Positions 59,828-64,000 of a stretch of DNA of 64,000 nucleotides are shown here, in pieces. The first letter of the stretch is position 1, and each line of letters starts with the position of its first letter. The stretch comes from Thermoproteota archaeon (GTDB lineage: Archaea > Korarchaeota > Korarchaeia > Korarchaeales > JAOZGB01): assembly GCA_037917685.1 (NCBI GenBank), contig JAVCBU010000006.1, forward strand, positions 160,001-224,000, given 5' to 3'. The notes under the pieces were generated by a model. That model saw only the letters and a list, made by a program, of their open reading frames with translations, did no database searches and was not told where the DNA came from. A program made the position numbers and the translations under genes.

Positions 59828-59837
59828 GTGTAGAGAT

Positions 59838-59984
59838 ATGGAGAGGAAAAAGGGGAAAGGGGCATACCGTTGCAGAAGATGCGGAAGAGTAGGATATGGC
59901 ATCATTAGAAAGTACGACCTGTACCTATGCAGATCATGCTTCAGAGAAATCGCGGAAAAAATGGGATGGAAAAAGTACTATTAG
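59838..59984 (+). CDS. rps14: Ribosomal protein uS14 (not in ORF track)
   Basis: CRRCG...[15 protein letters not shown]. Confidence 0.94.
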   Translation: MERKKGKGAYRCRRCGRVGYGIIRKYDLYLCRSCFREIAEKMGWKKYY

Positions 59985-60386
59985 GTGGATGAAATGACAA
60001 AACCTGATGTTTTAGCACATGGGCTGATGACTATAGAAATGAACTCCAAACTTAGGAAAAGAAAGTGTGTCATAAACATGACCTCAAAACTTCTCGGAAA
60101 TGTACTCAGCATACTCCAAAGAGAAGGATATATCGGCCAATTTGAATACATTGACGATGGAAGATTTGGAAAATATGTAGTAGAACTGTTAGGAAAGATC
60201 ACTAGATGTAGGGCAATAAAGCCCAGATTCAACATAAAACATACCGAAATAGAGGAATACGAACAGCACTATTTACCTGGTAAGGACATAGGGGTACTCG
60301 TCCTAACTACTAGCAAAGGCTTGCTAACCAGTAAAGAAGCTAAAAAAATGAGAATCGGGGGTGCACTAATAGCATATTGTTACTAG
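59985..60386 (+). CDS. rps8: Ribosomal protein uS8
   Basis: GYIGQFEYIDDGR, IKPRF, GG.LIAYCY. Confidence 0.95.
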   Translation: MDEMTKPDVLAHGLMTIEMNSKLRKRKCVINMTSKLLGNVLSILQREGYIGQFEYIDDGRFGKYVVELLGKITRCRAIKPRFNIKHTEIEEYEQHYLPGKDIGVLVLTTSKGLLTSKEAKKMRIGGALIAYCY

Positions 60387-60944
60387 GTGGTACATGTGCC
60401 TGTTGAAAGTCTGCCTCCGTTAACAGTTTCCATCCCGGAAGGGGTTGAAGTTCGTGTCGAAAAAGATGTTGTGAAAGTAAAAGGACCGCTTGGAGAACTT
60501 TCTAGGTCGTTTAATGGAGGGATCCTCAAAGTGAAGAAGAAAGATAACATGATAGAAATAATACCTAAGGGAGCAAGGAAATTCCATAAAGCTTATCGCG
60601 GAACAATCGCTGCCCATATAAGAAACATGATCACAGGCGTTACTCAAGGCTTTAAGAGAAAAATGATCATAGTATACTCTCACTTCCCCATGAAAATAGA
60701 GATTGATAAGGATAGAGGTCTAATTCTTATAAATAACTTCCTTGGCGAGAGAGCACCGAGGGTAGCAAAGATCGTGGGAAATGTCAAAGTATACATGGAA
60801 GGAGACGATAAAATTGTAATTGAAGGTATCAACATAGAGGAAGTTGGACAAACAGCTGCGAATATAAGGCAGGCAACCAAGATTAAAAAGAAAGATCCAA
60901 GAGTTTTCCAAGACGGAATATATCACTATAAAGAGGAGGTGTAA
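60387..60944 (+). CDS. rpl6: Ribosomal protein uL6
   Basis: YSHFP, NFLGE, DPRVFQDGIY. Confidence 0.96.
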   Translation: MVHVPVESLPPLTVSIPEGVEVRVEKDVVKVKGPLGELSRSFNGGILKVKKKDNMIEIIPKGARKFHKAYRGTIAAHIRNMITGVTQGFKRKMIIVYSHFPMKIEIDKDRGLILINNFLGERAPRVAKIVGNVKVYMEGDDKIVIEGINIEEVGQTAANIRQATKIKKKDPRVFQDGIYHYKEEV

Positions 60945-60946
60945 GT

Positions 60947-61315
60947 TTGAAGAAGAAAAAATTCATCAGGATCGGGGTAAAACCCAATAAAATGTACAGG
61001 TGGAGAAGACCTAGAGGAATCGACAACAAACAGAGGTTAAAGCTAAAGTCTAGGCCACCCATGCCTGAAATAGGTTATGGGAAACAAAAGTCTATTAAAG
61101 GACTACACCCTTCAGGCTTAAAACCTGTTTTGGTATACAATGCTAAAATGCTTGAAAATATAGATAGGGATAAAGTTATAGCGATTGTAGGGAGAACAGT
61201 CGGAAAAAGAAAAAGACTCGAAATAGCAAAGAAAGCAGCTGAGTTAGGAGTCAAGATAGCTAATCTGGGTGAGTTAATTGACCAATCTAAGTTATCAGAG
61301 GAGGCTAGCAGCTAA
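60947..61315 (+). CDS. rpl32e: Ribosomal protein eL32
   Basis: WRRPRGIDNK, GLHPSG. Confidence 0.95.
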   Translation: MKKKKFIRIGVKPNKMYRWRRPRGIDNKQRLKLKSRPPMPEIGYGKQKSIKGLHPSGLKPVLVYNAKMLENIDRDKVIAIVGRTVGKRKRLEIAKKAAELGVKIANLGELIDQSKLSEEASS

Positions 61316-61721
61316 AGTCCTAAAATGTGGGAAAGACAGGGTATACTTCGACCCGGAAAACCTCGAGAGAATCGAGATGGCGGTGACAAGAGAGGATATT
61401 AAAAGGCTCGTTCATGATGGCATTATTAAGAGAAAACCAGTTAAAGGCGTAAGTAGGGCGAGAGTCCGGGCAAAATCGAAAAAACGTCGGGGGCCAGGTA
61501 GCTTTAAAGGAACATTCAATGCCAGATATCCCAAGAAGAGGAGGTGGATAAACAGAATTCGGCCGCTTAGAAAGCTACTAAGGCATCTTAGAGACTCTAA
61601 GAGGATAGACAGACATACATACAGATTCCTCTATAATAGGCTACACCTGTTTAGGAGCAGGTCTCATCTGCTAAAACATCTTAAACATGAAAAACTACTT
61701 AAAGGTGAAGAACTTGTCTAA
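61278..61721 (+). CDS. rpl19e: Ribosomal protein eL19
   Basis: QRRLAA, GPGS.KG, WINRIR. Confidence 0.95.
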   Translation: MTNLSYQRRLAAKVLKCGKDRVYFDPENLERIEMAVTREDIKRLVHDGIIKRKPVKGVSRARVRAKSKKRRGPGSFKGTFNARYPKKRRWINRIRPLRKLLRHLRDSKRIDRHTYRFLYNRLHLFRSRSHLLKHLKHEKLLKGEELV

Positions 61722-62307
61722 GCAAAGCAGGTACAAAGTCAGATTTCGCAGGAGAAGAGAAGGTAAAACAGACTATAGAAGGAGACTAAGGCTGCTTCTT
61801 AGCGGGAAAACCAGATTCGTGGCGAGGAAAACTAACAGGTATATTACTGTTCAGTTTATTGACTACTCCGAGAAAGGGGACATAACCAGGGTATGCGTAA
61901 GTTCACATGTTTTAAGGAAGAAGTATAACTGGTACTACTCTTTGAAGAACTTGCCAGCCGCTTATATCACGGGTTACATAGCGGGTAAAAAAGCCCTTAA
62001 GAAAGGAATATCGGAAGCCATAGTAGATATTGGTCTTCAAGCGTCTACAAGGGGAAATAGAATCTATGCGGCTGTTAAAGGCGCCATTGATGCTGGTGTA
62101 AAGATTAAATGTGGAGAAGAAGTTCTTCCACCCATGGAGAGGATTTCAGGGGCCCATATAGCCAGTTATGCTAAACTCCTTAAAGAGAAGAATCCTGACC
62201 TATATAATGAAAGGTTTTCTAATGTAATATCTCAAGGTAAAGATCCAGCAGATATAGTTTCTGAATTTAATAAGCTTATTGAAAAAGTTAAATCGGATTA
62301 CGGGTGA
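61714..62307 (+). CDS. rpl18: Ribosomal protein uL18
   Basis: RRRREGKTDY, NLPAAY.TG. Confidence 0.95.
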   Translation: MSKQSRYKVRFRRRREGKTDYRRRLRLLLSGKTRFVARKTNRYITVQFIDYSEKGDITRVCVSSHVLRKKYNWYYSLKNLPAAYITGYIAGKKALKKGISEAIVDIGLQASTRGNRIYAAVKGAIDAGVKIKCGEEVLPPMERISGAHIASYAKLLKEKNPDLYNERFSNVISQGKDPADIVSEFNKLIEKVKSDYG

Positions 62308-62918
62308 AAATCTTGGAGGAATGGTCACCGAGGACGAGAATAGGGAAGATGGTAAGCGAGGGAGTAATAAAAGATATAGACGAGCTACTATCTCTTGGTG
62401 TTCCGATTAAAGAGGTTGAAATAATAGATGTCTTACTACCAAATTTGGAGGAAGAACTTGTATGCGTTAATACGGTGCAAAAACAAACTGATGCAGGAGA
62501 AGTTAGTAGTTTAAGAGTTGTTGTGGCAGTGGGAGACAGAAATGGACATTTAGGTGTGGCTAAGGGTAAGGGCAAAACCTTTAGAGTGGCGATTCGAAAT
62601 GCCATAAAACAGGCGAAGCTAAATATAGTAAAGGTAGTGAGGGGTTGTGGCTCATGGCAGTGTGGGTGTGGAAGAAACCATTCTATACCATATAAGACGA
62701 GTGGATCCTCCGGTTCTGTTAGAGTAACGATTTACCCTGCTCCCAGAGGCACGGGTCTAGTGGCTAATGAAACTGGAAGGATATTACTCTCCCTTGCCGG
62801 AATCGAAGATGTATGGGTTTTCTCCAAGGGTAACACTGGCAATAGAATGAACTATGCATACGCCATTTACAAGGCTTTAGCTAACCTCACAACAAAACCT
62901 ATCTACACTCGTGGGTGA
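62304..62918 (+). CDS. rps5: Ribosomal protein uS5
   Basis: W.PRT, RGCGSW.C, PAPRGTGL. Confidence 0.96.
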   Translation: MKILEEWSPRTRIGKMVSEGVIKDIDELLSLGVPIKEVEIIDVLLPNLEEELVCVNTVQKQTDAGEVSSLRVVVAVGDRNGHLGVAKGKGKTFRVAIRNAIKQAKLNIVKVVRGCGSWQCGCGRNHSIPYKTSGSSGSVRVTIYPAPRGTGLVANETGRILLSLAGIEDVWVFSKGNTGNRMNYAYAIYKALANLTTKPIYTRG

Positions 62919-63412
62919 TGAAGTTGTCTCTAGATCCTGATGGAAGGCTTATGGCTGTAATTAGAATTAAAGGTAGGATAGGTCTAAAGCCTAAAGTAAG
63001 AAAAACATTAGAACTCCTCAGGCTTAAGAGAAAGTTTTATGCCACAGTAGTACCATATATGCCTGAAATTAGGGGAATGTTACAAGTAGCTAAAGATGCT
63101 ATAACGTTTGGCGAGATAGATAAAGAAACATTAAAACTTCTCTTAGGAAAGCGTGGGAGGACGTATGGAGATAAGAAAGTAGACTGGGAGGAAATGATTA
63201 AAAACTTAAACATGCAGTCTATGGACGAGCTATGTGAGGCACTTCTATCAGGGAAGATCAGGATAAAGGATATACCCGGGCTTAAACCCTATTTTAGGCT
63301 TACACCACCTTCTGGAGGATTTAAGGGGAGCACCAAGAAATCTTTTAAAGAAGGAGGGGAAACCGGATATAGAGGCCAAGAAATAAACAAGCTGCTAAGG
63401 AGGATGGTCTAA
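62915..63412 (+). CDS. rpl30: Ribosomal protein uL30
   Basis: TLELLRL, FRLTPP.GG, GYRG. Confidence 0.95.
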   Translation: MMKLSLDPDGRLMAVIRIKGRIGLKPKVRKTLELLRLKRKFYATVVPYMPEIRGMLQVAKDAITFGEIDKETLKLLLGKRGRTYGDKKVDWEEMIKNLNMQSMDELCEALLSGKIRIKDIPGLKPYFRLTPPSGGFKGSTKKSFKEGGETGYRGQEINKLLRRMV

Positions 63413-63862
63413 TTGACTTTGATGAAAAGGAAGGAGAAAAAATCCAGAAAGCTTAGAGGCAGCCGGACGTGTGGCTATGGAAGAGAAAGACAACATAGGA
63501 AAAAAGGTAGAAGAGGGGGCTTCGGAAAGGCTGGTGGGCACAAACATAAATGGAGCTTTTATGTTAAATATGACCCCGAATACTTCGGCAGAGGAGCCCG
63601 AGGATTCAAAAGGCCGGCTATTGTCAGCAAAAGACCTCTTACAATAAATATCGGTGACATTGAGGAGAATCTAGACGAATTGATCGCTAAAGGCTTGGTA
63701 AAGAATGTAGATGGCAAGATACTTCTATCTAGAGAACTTCTAGGGAATGTGAAGATAATAGGACGTGGTAGGGTTACCCATGCCTATCATGTTAAAGGTC
63801 TTGAAATATCGAGAATAGCCCGTGAGAAAATAATTCAAGCAGGGGGGATGATCGAAGAGTGA
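63413..63862 (+). CDS. rpl15: Ribosomal protein uL15
   Basis: RGSRTCGYG, GG.G.AG..KHK. Confidence 0.95.
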   Translation: MTLMKRKEKKSRKLRGSRTCGYGRERQHRKKGRRGGFGKAGGHKHKWSFYVKYDPEYFGRGARGFKRPAIVSKRPLTINIGDIEENLDELIAKGLVKNVDGKILLSRELLGNVKIIGRGRVTHAYHVKGLEISRIAREKIIQAGGMIEE

Positions 63863-63872
63863 GGGGGAGATT

Positions 63873-64000
63873 ATGGGGCTATTTAGAGATATTGTGAGGG
63901 GTATTGTATCCTTTATTCCAGAAGTGGAAACTCCTAAAATGAAAGTTCCTCTGAGAAGCAAATTGCTATGGAGTGGCATTGTACTCATACTTTACTTCAT
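63873..64000 (+). CDS. secY: Preprotein translocase SecY, 5' fragment
   Basis: IPEVETP...KLLWSGIVLILYF; follows uL15. Confidence 0.9.
   Translation, partial: MGLFRDIVRGIVSFIPEVETPKMKVPLRSKLLWSGIVLILYF

Overview
This is a densely packed archaeal chromosome segment. SmAP3, a histone, PolB1, MinD and many non-canonical tRNA introns suggest a TACK/Thermoproteota lineage, possibly Korarchaeia-like (inference). Most of it is core informational content: the uL22-secY ribosomal cluster, rpoE'/spt4, aRF1, pelota, PheST, GatDE, KEOPS subunits, intein-containing PolB, upper mevalonate genes, SRP RNA and 13 tRNAs. A phosphate (pst/phoU) block sits at the 3' end of tRNA-Glu. The most striking signal is pervasive bulge-helix-bulge (BHB) splicing. 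Eleven short introns, most exactly 12 nt, lie at seven different tRNA positions. A 29-nt BHB intron also interrupts a protein-coding gene (pcm, L-isoaspartyl methyltransferase), and its removal exactly restores the conserved ISAPHMV motif and the reading frame. Other oddities: an unannotated ~109-nt structured RNA before dnaG, a 37-bp direct repeat with Sm-site-like U tracts before the Sm-like gene, a ribosomal CDS whose stop codon lies inside a tRNA, C at normally invariant U positions in tRNAs, non-canonical start codons, and several apparent pseudo-enzymes. All calls come from reading the sequence and motifs by eye; no database searches were run.
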